This document shows, piece by piece, positions 29,915 to 40,449 of a stretch of 64,000 bases of DNA; the first letter of the stretch is position 1; each line of letters starts with the position of its first letter. The notes beneath the pieces are model-generated. The model saw nothing but the letters and a program-made list of their open reading frames with translations, did no database searches and was not told the origin of the DNA. The position numbers and the translations under genes were made by a program. The DNA comes from Candidatus Aminicenantes bacterium (lineage in GTDB: Bacteria; Acidobacteriota; Aminicenantia; Aminicenantales; JAFGBC01): NCBI GenBank assembly GCA_963702005.1, contig OY969696.1:1472001-1536000 (forward strand), written 5' to 3'.

Positions 29915-31091
29915 GGATCTCCCTCCTCAGGCGTTCGGTCTTGCGGCGCGACAGCTCGACCAAGTTGACGGCGCGGGGCCTTTTTTTCCGGTCGACGACG
30001 TGGATGGCCCGTTCGGTGCAGCAGTAGCAGGGGTCGATTGAGGCCAGGGTGATCAGGGCGTCGGCCAGCGGAATCCCCTTGCAGGAGACGGCGCAGGTCG
30101 GGATGTTCATGTAGCTCGGAGCCCGGACCTTATGCCGGACGGGACGGTTGGAGCCGTCGGTCCGGACGTAGTGAAACACTTCGCCCCGGGGGGCTTCATA
30201 ACGGCCGATGCCCTCCCCGGCGGGGATTTCTTTGACGTCGTTGAGAATCGGCCCCGGCTCGGTCTTGAGCTTGTCAAGGCACTGGCGGACGATCTTGATG
30301 GATTCGAACGTCTCCAGGACCCGGACCACCAGCTTGTCGTAGACGTCGCCGTTGGGGAGGACGATGGCCTTGAAATCGACCCAGCCGTAGGCGTCCTTGG
30401 GTTCATCCTTGCGGACGTCGATCGCCACCCCGGACGCCCGGGCGGTGGGCCCGACGGCGCAGGCGTCGACCGCGGCCTGCCGGCTCAGAACGCCCACGCC
30501 CTTCAGGCGCGAGTGGAGGACGGGGTCGTCGGCCGCGGCTTTGGCCAGCATGGCCATTTTGCCCTCGACCCTGTCGAGGACGGCGGCCAGCCCCGGGATG
30601 ACATCGGCGGGGACGTCGCGCGAGACCCCCCCGACCCGCATGATCCCGTAGTGATTGCGGTTGCCGGAGACGACCTCGAACATGTCCAAGACGGACTCCC
30701 GGTATTTCCAGGCCCACATCCATAGGGTGTCATAGCCGATGAAATGCCCGGCCAGTCCCAGCCAGAGCAGATGGCTGTGGATGCGCTCCAGCTCCCCGAC
30801 CAGAGTCCGGATGTAGGCCGCCCGGGCGGGAACGTCCGTCCGGGCGACGTCCTCGACGGCGTGGACGAAGGCGAGCGGATGGGAGGTCGAGCAGATCCCG
30901 CAGATCCGTTCGACGAGGAAGATGGACTGCGTAAAGGTCTTGCGCTCGGAGATGAATTCATGGCCCCGGTGCATGTAGCCGATGTCCACCTCGACATCGG
31001 TCACGGTTTCGCCGTCGACGGTCAACTTGAAATATTCCGCTTCCTCCAGCAGCGGGTGGAAGGGACCGACCGGGATGACGTTCTTGGTCAC
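29907..31091 (-). CDS. Group-4 [NiFe]-hydrogenase large subunit (MbhL-like)
   Basis: GPFHP, GYMHRG, ERICGIC and DPCYCCTER motifs, EAPRGE; C-terminal extension after the Arg. Confidence 0.9.
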   Translation of the reverse strand: MTKNVIPVGPFHPLLEEAEYFKLTVDGETVTDVEVDIGYMHRGHEFISERKTFTQSIFLVERICGICSTSHPLAFVHAVEDVARTDVPARAAYIRTLVGELERIHSHLLWLGLAGHFIGYDTLWMWAWKYRESVLDMFEVVSGNRNHYGIMRVGGVSRDVPADVIPGLAAVLDRVEGKMAMLAKAAADDPVLHSRLKGVGVLSRQAAVDACAVGPTARASGVAIDVRKDEPKDAYGWVDFKAIVLPNGDVYDKLVVRVLETFESIKIVRQCLDKLKTEPGPILNDVKEIPAGEGIGRYEAPRGEVFHYVRTDGSNRPVRHKVRAPSYMNIPTCAVSCKGIPLADALITLASIDPCYCCTERAIHVVDRKKRPRAVNLVELSRRKTERLRREIHG

Positions 31092-31519
31092 GGCTGCCTC
31101 CTCAGGCGCAAGGGCCGATCCAGGCGGCCTGGATGGCGGCGGGTCAGGAGTTTCTCCGGCCGCGGATGCCCTTCGAAGCGGATTCCCCAAAGCTCGGCCA
31201 TCTCCCGCTCGATCCACTCGGCGGCCGGGACGATGGGAGTGATCGAGGTCACTCGCGGGGCGTTCTTGTCGGTGATGATGACCCTCGGGCAGTAGTACTG
31301 GCCGGTCGCGTCATGGGAGAAATGATAGAGAACCTCCAGGCCGTGGAACATTTCCATGGCCGTCGCCGTCGAGAGCCGACAGCCCATCGTCCGGAAGAGG
31401 TAACGGGAGACCTCGGACAGCTGTTCGTCCGCCACTTCGAAATAAAGCCGTCCTTTTTTGTCGATGATCGAGCCGATCCTGTTCCTCATGGCCTCCAGGA
31501 ACTGTTTTTTATCAACCAC
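31088..31519 (-). CDS. NuoC/MbhK-like subunit
   Basis: AEWIEREMAELWGIRFEGHP. Confidence 0.9.
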   Translation of the reverse strand: MVDKKQFLEAMRNRIGSIIDKKGRLYFEVADEQLSEVSRYLFRTMGCRLSTATAMEMFHGLEVLYHFSHDATGQYYCPRVIITDKNAPRVTSITPIVPAAEWIEREMAELWGIRFEGHPRPEKLLTRRHPGRLDRPLRLRRQP

Positions 31520-31931
31520 GGAGCACTCCGATCAGCCGGACGATTCCGTCGATCATCGCCTCGGGCTTGGGCGGGCAACCCGGGATGTAGAGATCGAACG
31601 GGATGATCTCTTCCCGGCGGGGGACGATATTGTAGCTCTCCTTGAAGCAGCATCCCGAGGTCGGGCAGGTCCCGACCCCGACCACGAAGACCGGCCGAGG
31701 GGCCTGCTCATAGAGCCGGCGGATGTAGGGGGCGACTTTTTGGTTGATGACGCCCGAGACCAGAAAGACATCGGCCTGCCGGACCGAGCCGACCAGCTTG
31801 ATCCCGAAGCGCTCGACGTCGTAGCGGGGCGTCAGGAGATCCAGGATCTCGATGTCGCAGTTGTTGCAGGGCGAGGCGCTGACGTGGAAGACCCAGAGGG
31901 ATTTGGCTAAACGTTTGTTGTACCATCCCAT
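31512..31931 (-). CDS. Hydrogenase small subunit (NuoB/MbhJ-like)
   Basis: CNNCDIE, GTCP, YIPGCPPKPE. Confidence 0.92.
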   Translation of the reverse strand: MGWYNKRLAKSLWVFHVSASPCNNCDIEILDLLTPRYDVERFGIKLVGSVRQADVFLVSGVINQKVAPYIRRLYEQAPRPVFVVGVGTCPTSGCCFKESYNIVPRREEIIPFDLYIPGCPPKPEAMIDGIVRLIGVLRG

Positions 31932-31933
31932 GT

Positions 31934-32863
31934 CTAAACTCCTAGTACGGCCAGGACGACGGCCGCCAAGGCCAGCGGGGCGGCGAGCTTCCAGAAGAAG
32001 GCCAGGGCAGTATCCGTCCGCAGGCGGGGATTCGTGTTCTTGATGATAATCATGACGACGACGATCAGCAGATACTTTCCTGCCGCTCCCAGCCAGCCCA
32101 TGCCCCGGAGGTTGAACCCCCCCCAGAAGAGTAGGATGAGCAGGAAGGGGAAAACGGCATACATCATGAACTGGGCGATTTTCCAGAAGGCGAGGAGCGG
32201 GCCGCCGTATTCCATGAGCGGTCCCTCCACGATTTCGGTTTCGGCCTCGGGGATGTGAAAGGGCGGAAGGGCCATTTTAGCCTGGACGGAGAGGAGGCCC
32301 ACGACGAAGGCCAGGACGCCCGAGATCGACCCTAAGAACACTCCGTGCTCGGCCTGGGCCGCCAGGATCCGGTCGAGCTCCAGCGAGTAGCCCGAACGGA
32401 TGACGGGGACCAGGCAGACGAGAAGAAATGCCAGCTCGTCGGCGAGCAGTAGCTTGATTTCACGGCCCGCGCCCAGGCTGGAGAAAACGTTGCCGGTCGC
32501 CGCGCCGCCCAGGACGATGGCAACCGAGTAGATCATCAGGAGATAGATCACGACGATAAGGTCGCCGCCGACCCCCCGCCCGAAGAATAAAGCGCCACCG
32601 ACAAGGGTCGCCACGACCGAAAGCATGGCCAGCGCGACGATCGGGGCCGCCGTGAACAGCCAGGGAAGGCCGGATTTGGGCAGGATCGTCTCCTTGCCCA
32701 TGAGCTTGAAAACGTCGTTGAAATTCTGAAAGAGCGGCGGCCCAACCCGATATTGGAAACGCGCCGAGACCTTTCGATCCAGCCAGCCGGCCATCAGGCC
32801 CAACCCGGCCGAGAACAGGAACCCGGGAAAGAAGAGAAGCTGAACAACGATCGATCCGCTCAT
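31934..32863 (-). CDS. NuoH/MbhM-like membrane subunit
   Basis: DRKVSARFQYRVGPP, PFHIPEAETEIVEGPLMEY. Confidence 0.92.
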   Translation of the reverse strand: MSGSIVVQLLFFPGFLFSAGLGLMAGWLDRKVSARFQYRVGPPLFQNFNDVFKLMGKETILPKSGLPWLFTAAPIVALAMLSVVATLVGGALFFGRGVGGDLIVVIYLLMIYSVAIVLGGAATGNVFSSLGAGREIKLLLADELAFLLVCLVPVIRSGYSLELDRILAAQAEHGVFLGSISGVLAFVVGLLSVQAKMALPPFHIPEAETEIVEGPLMEYGGPLLAFWKIAQFMMYAVFPFLLILLFWGGFNLRGMGWLGAAGKYLLIVVVMIIIKNTNPRLRTDTALAFFWKLAAPLALAAVVLAVLGV

Positions 32864-33369
32864 GGCCGGCCTTCCTTGCGCCGCCAGTTCGGGCTTTTCA
32901 AAGCCAGGCGCTCGCCGACGAGATAGATATGATTCGCGGGATCTTCCTTTTCGACGTCTTTCATCGCGAAGCTCCCGGGCGGGGCCGTCCGGACGCAGAG
33001 AGGTTGATAGTCCGGATCGTCATGGAGCTGGTTCAGGCAGAGGTCGCAGTGGGCGCTGACGTAGTTGATGACCTCGGGGACAATCGTCCCGAACGGGCAG
33101 GCCAGGACGCAGCTTTTGCAGCCGACACAGCGCATGTTGAAGCGCTTGACGGTCCCGTTGGCCTGACGTTCCAGGGCCTCCTTGGGGCAGGCCTTGACGC
33201 AGAAGGCTTCCCGGCATTGCCGGCAGTAGGCGGCGAACTCGGCGACCTCGAGGAGCGAGAACACGCCGGGATTGATCCGGTGGAACAAGTACTCGCAGGC
33301 GATGGTCTCGGCGGAAACGCCGGACGCCAAGAGGACGGGGACGTCGATGAATAATTTCTTCAATCCCAT
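32860..33369 (-). CDS. 4Fe-4S ferredoxin-type subunit
   Basis: CRQCREAFCVKACP, CVGCKSCVLACPFG, CDLC. Confidence 0.88.
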   Translation of the reverse strand: MGLKKLFIDVPVLLASGVSAETIACEYLFHRINPGVFSLLEVAEFAAYCRQCREAFCVKACPKEALERQANGTVKRFNMRCVGCKSCVLACPFGTIVPEVINYVSAHCDLCLNQLHDDPDYQPLCVRTAPPGSFAMKDVEKEDPANHIYLVGERLALKSPNWRRKEGRP

Positions 33370-34184
33370 AGTCCCTCCTCGTTCTTGATTTGGGCATAGG
33401 TGAAGACGGGGCCGTGTTTACAGACGTAGTATTCCCCCATCAGGCAGTGGCGGCACTGGCCGATCCCGCAGTACATTTTCTTTTCCATGGACAGGTAGAT
33501 GTTCTCCTCCCGGAATCCGAGCTTGAGGAGGTCCAACGTCCCGAATTTCATCATGACCGGCGGGCCGCAGACGACGGCCGGGTTGGTGCGGGGGTCGATC
33601 TTCAGCTTGGCGAGGAGTTTGGTCACCAGGCAGATGTCCTCGTCCCAGGTTTCGCCGGCGGGGACGGCGTCCACGGCCCGGAAGAGGCGGACCTTGGGGT
33701 GGCTGCGCCATTGGGGGAAGGCGTCCTTGTAAATGCAGTCCTGGGGGGTTTTGGAACCGGCGTAGAAAGTGATGCTGTTGTATTTGTCGCTCTCGTCAAG
33801 GAGCGTCAGGAACAACGAGCGGAGCGGCGCCAGCCCGCAACCGCCTCCGAGGATGAGAAGGTCCCTGCCTTCGAACTTGTCCAGCGGATAGAACGAACCG
33901 AAGGGTCCCCGCAAACCGACCCGATCTCCGGGCCGGGAGAGATGGACCTGCTCGGTGACAAACCCGGCTTTCATGACCGTCACGTCGATGACGTCCGAGA
34001 CGAAATGGGACGAGGACGGGGTAAACGGCGCTTCTCCGATGCCGGGAAGGCTGAGTTCGATGAACTGGCCGGTCCGAAACGGGATGGGGCGCTCGGGCCG
34101 GAGACGGAGGGTCAGGATAAGGGGCGATTCCGGGATGGTTTCCTCGATCACGGCCGGAATCACCTCATAAGGATTGGGGTTCAT
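33360..34184 (-). CDS. FAD/NAD(P)-binding 2Fe-2S subunit (AsrB / sulfhydrogenase gamma-like)
   Basis: GEAPF, RGPFG, GGGCGLAPLRS, CGPPVMM, MYCGIGQCRHC...CKHGPVF. Confidence 0.9.
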   Translation of the reverse strand: MNPNPYEVIPAVIEETIPESPLILTLRLRPERPIPFRTGQFIELSLPGIGEAPFTPSSSHFVSDVIDVTVMKAGFVTEQVHLSRPGDRVGLRGPFGSFYPLDKFEGRDLLILGGGCGLAPLRSLFLTLLDESDKYNSITFYAGSKTPQDCIYKDAFPQWRSHPKVRLFRAVDAVPAGETWDEDICLVTKLLAKLKIDPRTNPAVVCGPPVMMKFGTLDLLKLGFREENIYLSMEKKMYCGIGQCRHCLMGEYYVCKHGPVFTYAQIKNEEGLWD

Positions 34185-34194
34185 GATCGACTCC

Positions 34195-35250
34195 TCATCG
34201 GGGAACGTTCCGGTCCTGCGGCTGAGCGGAGGGCGCCCCCAGCATCCGGCGAACCACGTCTCGGAACTCGATGCCGCCCGGACAAGCTTCCGTACAGCGT
34301 CCGCATCCGGTGCAGCCCAGGCGTCCGAATTGGCCGTTCATGAAGACGAATTTGCAGAGATACCTATGGCGGAAGCGCTCGGAGATTTGGGGCCGGGGCG
34401 ACGCCCCGCTGGCGACGCGGGCGTAACCGTGCCACTGACAGGAATCGTAGGAGCGAGCTTTGACGAACGGCCCGCCCTCGCCTTCCTCATTCAGGATGAG
34501 GCAGTAACACGTGGGGCAGATGTTGGTACAGGCTCCGCAGCCGACGCACTCGCCGGCCGCCTCCTTCCAGCCCTCCGGGGGAGCGGATCGGAGCCGGGCG
34601 TAGTCGTCCGGGCGCCGGAACGGCTCGTTCTGGGAACGGACGCGCCGAACCATTTCGGCGCGTCGCGCCTCGACCGCCGACATGATCCGGCTGCCGGGCT
34701 CTTCCAGGGAGGCGTTGGCTTTGAGTTCCTCCACGAACCGCTTCCCTTTTTCGCTCGCCGCGGTCAGGAGGTAGCTCCCCTCGACCGGGGAAGCGTTCAG
34801 GTCGAATCCCGTTTCCGCATAGGGTTTCCCCCCGACCAGCGTGCAGTGGCAGGTCGGCGCCGCGTCGGTGCAGTCGAACGCGATAAGGGTCGTGTCCTCA
34901 CGCCAGGCCGCGTAGGCGGGATCGATGAAGTCGTCGTTGATCAGGGCGCGGTCGAGGAGTTCGAGACCTTTGAGGTCACAGGCTTTCGCTCCCGCGATGA
35001 GGCGCCGGATGCGCTTCCGGCCGAACGGCGCGACGCGCTCCCGGGCCAGATAGAAAAGGGATTTGAGGGGGTCGATGGAGCGAAAGCCGTCGAGCGCGGG
35101 TCGTCCCCGGGCCGGGAACGGCTTGAAGAAGGATTTTCCTCCGAGGTCTTCTGGAGGCAAGATGGGAAGATAAACCTCTTCGTAGGGGCTGAATCTCTCT
35201 TCGGAACACCATCTGAGAAAGGCGAGGAACGGTTCGGCAGGAATAAGCAC
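34195..35250 (-). CDS. AsrA / sulfhydrogenase beta-like Fe-S protein
   Basis: GAKACD, CVGCGACTNICPTCYC, CTGCGRCTEACP. Confidence 0.88.
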   Translation of the reverse strand: MLIPAEPFLAFLRWCSEERFSPYEEVYLPILPPEDLGGKSFFKPFPARGRPALDGFRSIDPLKSLFYLARERVAPFGRKRIRRLIAGAKACDLKGLELLDRALINDDFIDPAYAAWREDTTLIAFDCTDAAPTCHCTLVGGKPYAETGFDLNASPVEGSYLLTAASEKGKRFVEELKANASLEEPGSRIMSAVEARRAEMVRRVRSQNEPFRRPDDYARLRSAPPEGWKEAAGECVGCGACTNICPTCYCLILNEEGEGGPFVKARSYDSCQWHGYARVASGASPRPQISERFRHRYLCKFVFMNGQFGRLGCTGCGRCTEACPGGIEFRDVVRRMLGAPSAQPQDRNVPR

Positions 35251-35376
35251 TCGGCTACCTCCTTCAAGATGGGGAAACTGCGGAGAGAAAAAGAATGAAT
35301 GGCAAACCCAAATCTGCTTCGCTGTCGCGGCAAGCCGATAAATTCCTTTTCTACGGTAGCTACCGTTTGTTGGTTC

Positions 35377-35407
35377 GTTTATATAATGAGGGTCGGGATA
35401 TTGTCAA
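35377..35407 (-). promoter_or_regulatory. Candidate sigma70 promoter of the hydrogenase operon
   Basis: Minus strand TTGACA, 16-18 nt spacer, then TATATA/TATAAA. Confidence 0.45.
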
Positions 35408-35539
35408 TAAGTAATTTTTGGTTGAGTTTTGCCCTGGGTTTCGACCGGCCGCAGGGCGAGGTTCGGATCCCGCCAAGATTGACTCATCCCGGCATTTATG
35501 CTAATAATAAACTCTTGTAAATATAGAAATCAGGGAACC

Positions 35540-36358
35540 ATGGCGTTCGTTAACTATACGACCAACAACCTGGCCGTCAAGGTCGTCTGCTACGGCCCCG
35601 GCCTGAGCGGGAAGACGACGAACCTCCGCTACATCTATTTTAAGCTTGACGCCTCCTCCCGGGGCGACCTGGTCTGCCTGGAGACGGACACCGAGCGGAC
35701 CTTCTTCTTCGACCTCCTCCCCATCAAGGCCGGCCTGATCGGCGACTTCAAGGTCCATTTCCAGCTCCTGACCGTCCCCGGCCAGGTCTTCTACGAGGCT
35801 TCCCGCAAGAGCGTCCTCAAGGGCGCGGACGGGCTCATTTTCGTGGCCGATTCTCAGATCCCCCTCCTCGACGCCAACCTGGAAAGCTTCGACGGACTGC
35901 GCCGGAACCTCCTCGAGCAGGACGTCGACCTCAACCAGGTCCCGCTCGTCTTCCAGTACAACAAACGCGACCTGGAGCACCTCATTCCGGTCGAGACCTT
36001 CAACAACCTCCTCAACCCGCGGCGCCTGCCCTTCATCGAGGCTTCGGCCCTCAACGGCTGGGGCGTCTTCGAGACCCTGCGCGAGATCGCCAAGATCACG
36101 ATCCCGGTCGTCCGGGAGAAGGTCCTGGGCGACAAGCGGAAGCCGGACCAGAAAGAGATCGCCGAGAAGCGGATGGACGAGTACATCGAGAAGGAAGCCC
36201 AGCGGCGGAAGGAGATGAAGGACGCCAAGGTCGACGTCGAGTTCGCCTCGCCCGAGTCCGCCGCCCCGATCAAGGTCACCAAGATCAAGATCAAGCATCC
36301 CGACGAGATCGAAAAAGAAATCGAACGGCTGGCTCGGGAATTCACGAGCAAAAAATAA
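35540..36358 (+). CDS. mglA: MglA-like small GTPase with charged C-terminal extension
   Basis: YGPGLSGKTTN, TERTFFFD, TVPGQVFY, QYNKRD. Confidence 0.85.
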   Translation: MAFVNYTTNNLAVKVVCYGPGLSGKTTNLRYIYFKLDASSRGDLVCLETDTERTFFFDLLPIKAGLIGDFKVHFQLLTVPGQVFYEASRKSVLKGADGLIFVADSQIPLLDANLESFDGLRRNLLEQDVDLNQVPLVFQYNKRDLEHLIPVETFNNLLNPRRLPFIEASALNGWGVFETLREIAKITIPVVREKVLGDKRKPDQKEIAEKRMDEYIEKEAQRRKEMKDAKVDVEFASPESAAPIKVTKIKIKHPDEIEKEIERLAREFTSKK

Positions 36359-36496
36359 AAACGGGGCAAACCCGCGCTTTTATTTCTCCTACAATTTCCT
36401 GAAATTTTCCGTTTTTCCCGGGTGCGAATGAAAAGCGCAGGCTAGCCCTTTGATATCTTCCCAGGCCGAGGCGCGTCTTTTCTCGATGGGGACGCC

Positions 36497-37545
36497 ATGC
36501 TCTTCCGGATCGCCTCGGCCGCCCTGCTGGGGATCGACGCCTACCTCGTCGAGGTCGAGGTGGACGTCTCGGCCGGGCTCCCCCAGTTCGTGATCGTGGG
36601 GCTCCCCGACGCCGCGGTCCGGGAGAGCAAAGAACGCGTTCAGGCGGCCCTCAAGAACTGCGGTTACGAAGGGATGCCCTCCAAGGTCGTCGTCAACCTC
36701 GCCCCCGCCAATCGGCGCAAGGAGGGCTCGTCCTTCGACCTGCCCATCGCGCTCGGCCTGCTCGCGGACCTTGGCGTCGTGCCCTCCGAGCGGCTCCGCG
36801 ACCGCCTCTTCCTGGCCGAACTGGCCTTGGATGGGCGGCTTAAGCCCGCTCGGGGGATCCTTGCGGCTACGGTTCTCGCCCGGAGCAAAGGATTCCATGG
36901 CGTCGTCGTCGCCAAGGACAACGAAAAGGAGGCCTGCTTGGTGGGGGATGTCTCCGTCCACGGCCCGGAGAACCTTGTCCAGGTCGTCCGGCTTCTCCAG
37001 GACCCCGAGGCCGTGCCGCCGTCCCGGTTCGAGCGCGAGCTCCTGCCGGCTTCCGAAGACCATGACCTCGATTTCGGGGATGTCAAGGGCCAGACCCATG
37101 CCAAGCGCGCCCTCGAAGTGGCCTCGGCGGGGGCCCATAACGTCTTGATGGTCGGGCCGCCGGGCGCCGGGAAGACCATGCTGGCCCGGCGTCTGCCGAC
37201 CATCCTTCCTCCCCTGAGCTTTGAGGAGATCATCGAGGCGACCCAGATCTACAGCGCCGCGGGGCTCCTCCGGGACCGGGCCTGCATAGCGTCCCGGCCC
37301 TTCCGCGCGCCCCATCACACGGTCACGGACTCGGCCATGATCGGAGGCGGGGCGATCCCTCGGCCCGGGGAGGTCAGCCTAGCCCACCACGGCGTCCTCT
37401 TCCTCGACGAGCTCCCCGAGTTCCGGCGCCCCGTCCTCGACGGCCTTCGCCAGCCGCTCGAGGACGGCCGGGTGACGGTCAGCCGCGTCCTGCATTCCGT
37501 CACGTTCCCGGCGCGGTTCATGCTCGTCGCGGCCATGAATCCCTG
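36497..37545 (+). pseudogene. comM: ComM/YifB Mg-chelatase-like ATPase, 5' part, interrupted by an integrative element
   Basis: [38 protein letters not shown]; homology stops at LVAAMNPC (normally NPCPCG). Confidence 0.92.
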
Positions 37546-39023
37546 TAGTTGCGTTGCTCAGTTGCCATCATTTTAGAAGATGAGGGAAGGTAGGCAAGAT
37601 GAATCGTGACGTCTTCCTTGCCGATAATGATCTTCTCGGTAATATTTTCTATGATTTTTCTTTTTTCTTCAGCGGTAAGCTCAGGCCAGCGGGAGTAGAG
37701 GTCTTTAGCTTCGGCCAGTATTTGATCACTAGAAAGGAATTGAATCTTCAAGAAATCTATCTCTCCTTGAAGATCGGGTATCCGAGTCTCAAGCTGTTTG
37801 ACTCTCTCTTCCAAGGGCTTATGATATCGTCCAAAGACTTCTACGGAAAGCTCGTTATTGATATAGGCTCGATAGAGCTTTTCCATCTCTGATTCGAGCT
37901 TCTTCTTTTCTTCGTTTATCGCCCGAAGTAGCTCTTCTTTTTCTTTGATCACATGATCGGCTTGGCTGAGGTAATTGGCTATCTCTTTAGGAGAGAAAAA
38001 GAAGGTCTTCAGCTGCTCATGAAAAATGTCTTCTAAATCCTTTTCTCCGATCTTGTTCCGGCACTTGTAGCAGATATATTTAGGAGAATTCGAGGGCACG
38101 TACATCTTATATTCGCACTGGCAGTAGACATGCCCGGTGAATAAGTGGACCGGCTTCCTGGCCGGTCTTTTATTGGTTTTTTCCTGCTCGTCGAGGATGG
38201 CGTTGCACTGATCCCAGAGCTCTTCAGAGATAATCGGTTCAACTTTTATATATACCCACTCGTCCGTGGGCTTGATGATCCGTTTTTTGCCCTTCTCCGG
38301 CGGTCCTTTTGTCCAGTTTGCTCGATGAAGACCCTTGGCTGTGGTGTCTTTTATAAGCCTTACAACCGTTGTATCCGAAAATTTATGGCCTCTTCTTGTA
38401 CGATATCCAGCTTCATTAAGCACCCGAGCGACTGTCTTTTTTCTTCTGTGTTCCAGGAAAAGCTCGTAGATTAGCTTGCGGAGAGGCGCTTCCTTGGGAT
38501 CCGGGATGAGCTTTTTTTCTTTCCATTGATAGCCAAAGGGAGCTTGTCCGCCAGTGGGTTTTCCCAGCTTAGCCCTGATTGAGACCGAAGCAGCTACTCT
38601 TTCGGAAATCTCTTCCCTTTCCCATTGGGCCATGGCTGCGATCATGGTGTAGAAGAGCCTGCCTGCGGGGGAGGAGGTGTCGATAGCTTCTTGGAGGGAT
38701 ATAAGGTCGACATTGTGTTCCCTGAAGATGTCAGCGAATTCAAGGAGTTCTTTGGTGTTTCTGGCGAGCCTGGCGAGCTTTGAAAATATCAAGGCAGTGA
38801 TATGGCCTGATTTGATATGTCCGAGCATTTTCTGGGTCTCGGGCAAGCCCATGACGGACTTTCCGCTGACAGCCTCAAGGTGATAGACCTCTTTAACCTG
38901 CCAGCCCTTGGATTCGGCGTAAAACCGGGCTCTTTTCTCGTGATGTTCCGGGCTTTCGCCCCTGGCCTGGTCTTCGGTCGAGACCCGAATCCAGATGCCA
39001 ACGGGCCTGGAGTTGACTATCAT
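37518..39023 (-). CDS. Large serine recombinase (integrase)
   Basis: WIRVSTEDQ catalytic Ser, [15 protein letters not shown] recombinase domain, CQC...CYKC zinc ribbon, coiled coil. Confidence 0.95.
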   Translation of the reverse strand: MIVNSRPVGIWIRVSTEDQARGESPEHHEKRARFYAESKGWQVKEVYHLEAVSGKSVMGLPETQKMLGHIKSGHITALIFSKLARLARNTKELLEFADIFREHNVDLISLQEAIDTSSPAGRLFYTMIAAMAQWEREEISERVAASVSIRAKLGKPTGGQAPFGYQWKEKKLIPDPKEAPLRKLIYELFLEHRRKKTVARVLNEAGYRTRRGHKFSDTTVVRLIKDTTAKGLHRANWTKGPPEKGKKRIIKPTDEWVYIKVEPIISEELWDQCNAILDEQEKTNKRPARKPVHLFTGHVYCQCEYKMYVPSNSPKYICYKCRNKIGEKDLEDIFHEQLKTFFFSPKEIANYLSQADHVIKEKEELLRAINEEKKKLESEMEKLYRAYINNELSVEVFGRYHKPLEERVKQLETRIPDLQGEIDFLKIQFLSSDQILAEAKDLYSRWPELTAEEKRKIIENITEKIIIGKEDVTIHLAYLPSSSKMMATEQRNYRDSWPRRA

Positions 39024-39093
39024 TAGAATCCTGAAATATAGAAGTAAACCTGAGATTATTTTATTCCGAGTAGGCCTTTATATCAATTAAATC

Positions 39094-39354
39094 TCATAGA
39101 ATCGATGAACGATGCGAGCTATGAGAGGCATGAGAAGAATGCGAACCGTGATTGGGGCCGCTTGGGATGTTGCAGGCGGCCATGCCTAATTTTAAGATCA
39201 GTCCTTGATTTTTTTGAAGGCCACTTTTATTGAAATTAAGTAATCTGCTTTTTATCGGACTGCCAAAATCACCTGAGGGCATTTTGGAAATAGAAAATCC
39301 TAAAAGTACAAATAACGATAACAATCCTTTAAGAACAATTTTGAATATTTTCAT
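39094..39354 (-). CDS. His-Xaa-Ser repeat precursor peptide (HxsA-like), 86 aa
   Basis: AGGGAG RBS; C-terminus HGS-HSS-HAS-HSS-HRS-SIL. Confidence 0.85.
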   Translation of the reverse strand: MKIFKIVLKGLLSLFVLLGFSISKMPSGDFGSPIKSRLLNFNKSGLQKNQGLILKLGMAACNIPSGPNHGSHSSHASHSSHRSSIL

Positions 39355-39575
39355 CTCCCTTAAGCTCCTTTTAGCAATTCTGTGACTACCAGGCACTTTC
39401 TTAGGAACTTCCTTATAGCGCCTGATCTCTGTTGAAATAAATATAATCGGGATATTCTTAATTGTCAAACACCTTTTTTCGTGTTTGTAAGCGTGAAGTT
39501 TGATAAAATAATATCACTATTTTTGGACGTGCCTTTAGTTTAGTATTAAATAAAATGAGGATTGGGGGAACAGGA

Positions 39576-40385
39576 ATGGAGAAAATTAAGAAAAAAGTCT
39601 ATGCGCTTGTCGAGGTCGTTTCGCACAAAGATCTCATAACTCGTAAGTTCGATGTTTTCGATATCTTCATTATCGTTTTAATTGTCTTGAATATTCTTGC
39701 TGTAATCCTCGAAACCGTAAAAGGTATATATAACTCAATTCCACAGCTGTTTAGGTATTTTGAAATATTCTCGATAATAGCTTTTACGATTGAATATACG
39801 CTCAGGGTTTGGACTTGTACGGTCAACGAAAAATATAGAAATCCTATTACCGGGAGAATTAGATTTGTTTTGTCTCCTCTTGCCTTGGTCGATTTATTTG
39901 CTTTCTTGCCGTTCTATATCCCAATGATCATCCCTTTCGACCTGAGATTTCTGAGAGCTTTCAGATTATTGAGATTGATCCGCGTTCTTAAGATCGGAAG
40001 ATATTCGGAAGCGGTCAAGCTCTTCGGTCGAGTACTAAATGCTAAAAGGGCCGAATTATTTACAGCGATATTCGTCATTTTCGTGCTTCTGATCATATCT
40101 TCGAGCTTGCTATACTATATCGAGCACGAAGCGCAGCCGGATAAATTTTCAAGTATTCCCGAGGCAATGTGGTGGGGCGTAGTCACTCTGACGACCGTAG
40201 GCTACGGAGATATCTATCCGATTACACCTTTCGGAAAATTCATAGCGTCCGTCATTAGCCTTTTGGGCATAGGCTTGTTTGCTATGCCCGCAGGTATCTT
40301 GAGCGCGGGGTTTGTTGAAGAGATTAAAACAAAAAAAACGGCACGGGATAAATGCCCTCATTGTGGGGTGGACTTGAACGATTGA
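39576..40385 (+). CDS. Voltage-gated-type potassium channel
   Basis: S4-like LRFLRAFRLLRLIRVLKIGR; filter TTVGYGD; C-terminal CPHC. Confidence 0.92.
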   Translation: MEKIKKKVYALVEVVSHKDLITRKFDVFDIFIIVLIVLNILAVILETVKGIYNSIPQLFRYFEIFSIIAFTIEYTLRVWTCTVNEKYRNPITGRIRFVLSPLALVDLFAFLPFYIPMIIPFDLRFLRAFRLLRLIRVLKIGRYSEAVKLFGRVLNAKRAELFTAIFVIFVLLIISSSLLYYIEHEAQPDKFSSIPEAMWWGVVTLTTVGYGDIYPITPFGKFIASVISLLGIGLFAMPAGILSAGFVEEIKTKKTARDKCPHCGVDLND

Positions 40386-40449
40386 AAAAAGACGAAATGA
40401 AGAATAAAGTCCGAGATAGGATGATGAATAAGCGTAAGAGTAATCGGCA

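Noticed and set aside
29907-31091. Non-hydrogenase Mbx/Ehr-type or selenocysteine-containing subunit
   Set aside because: All four Ni-ligand Cys are present and there is no in-frame TGA
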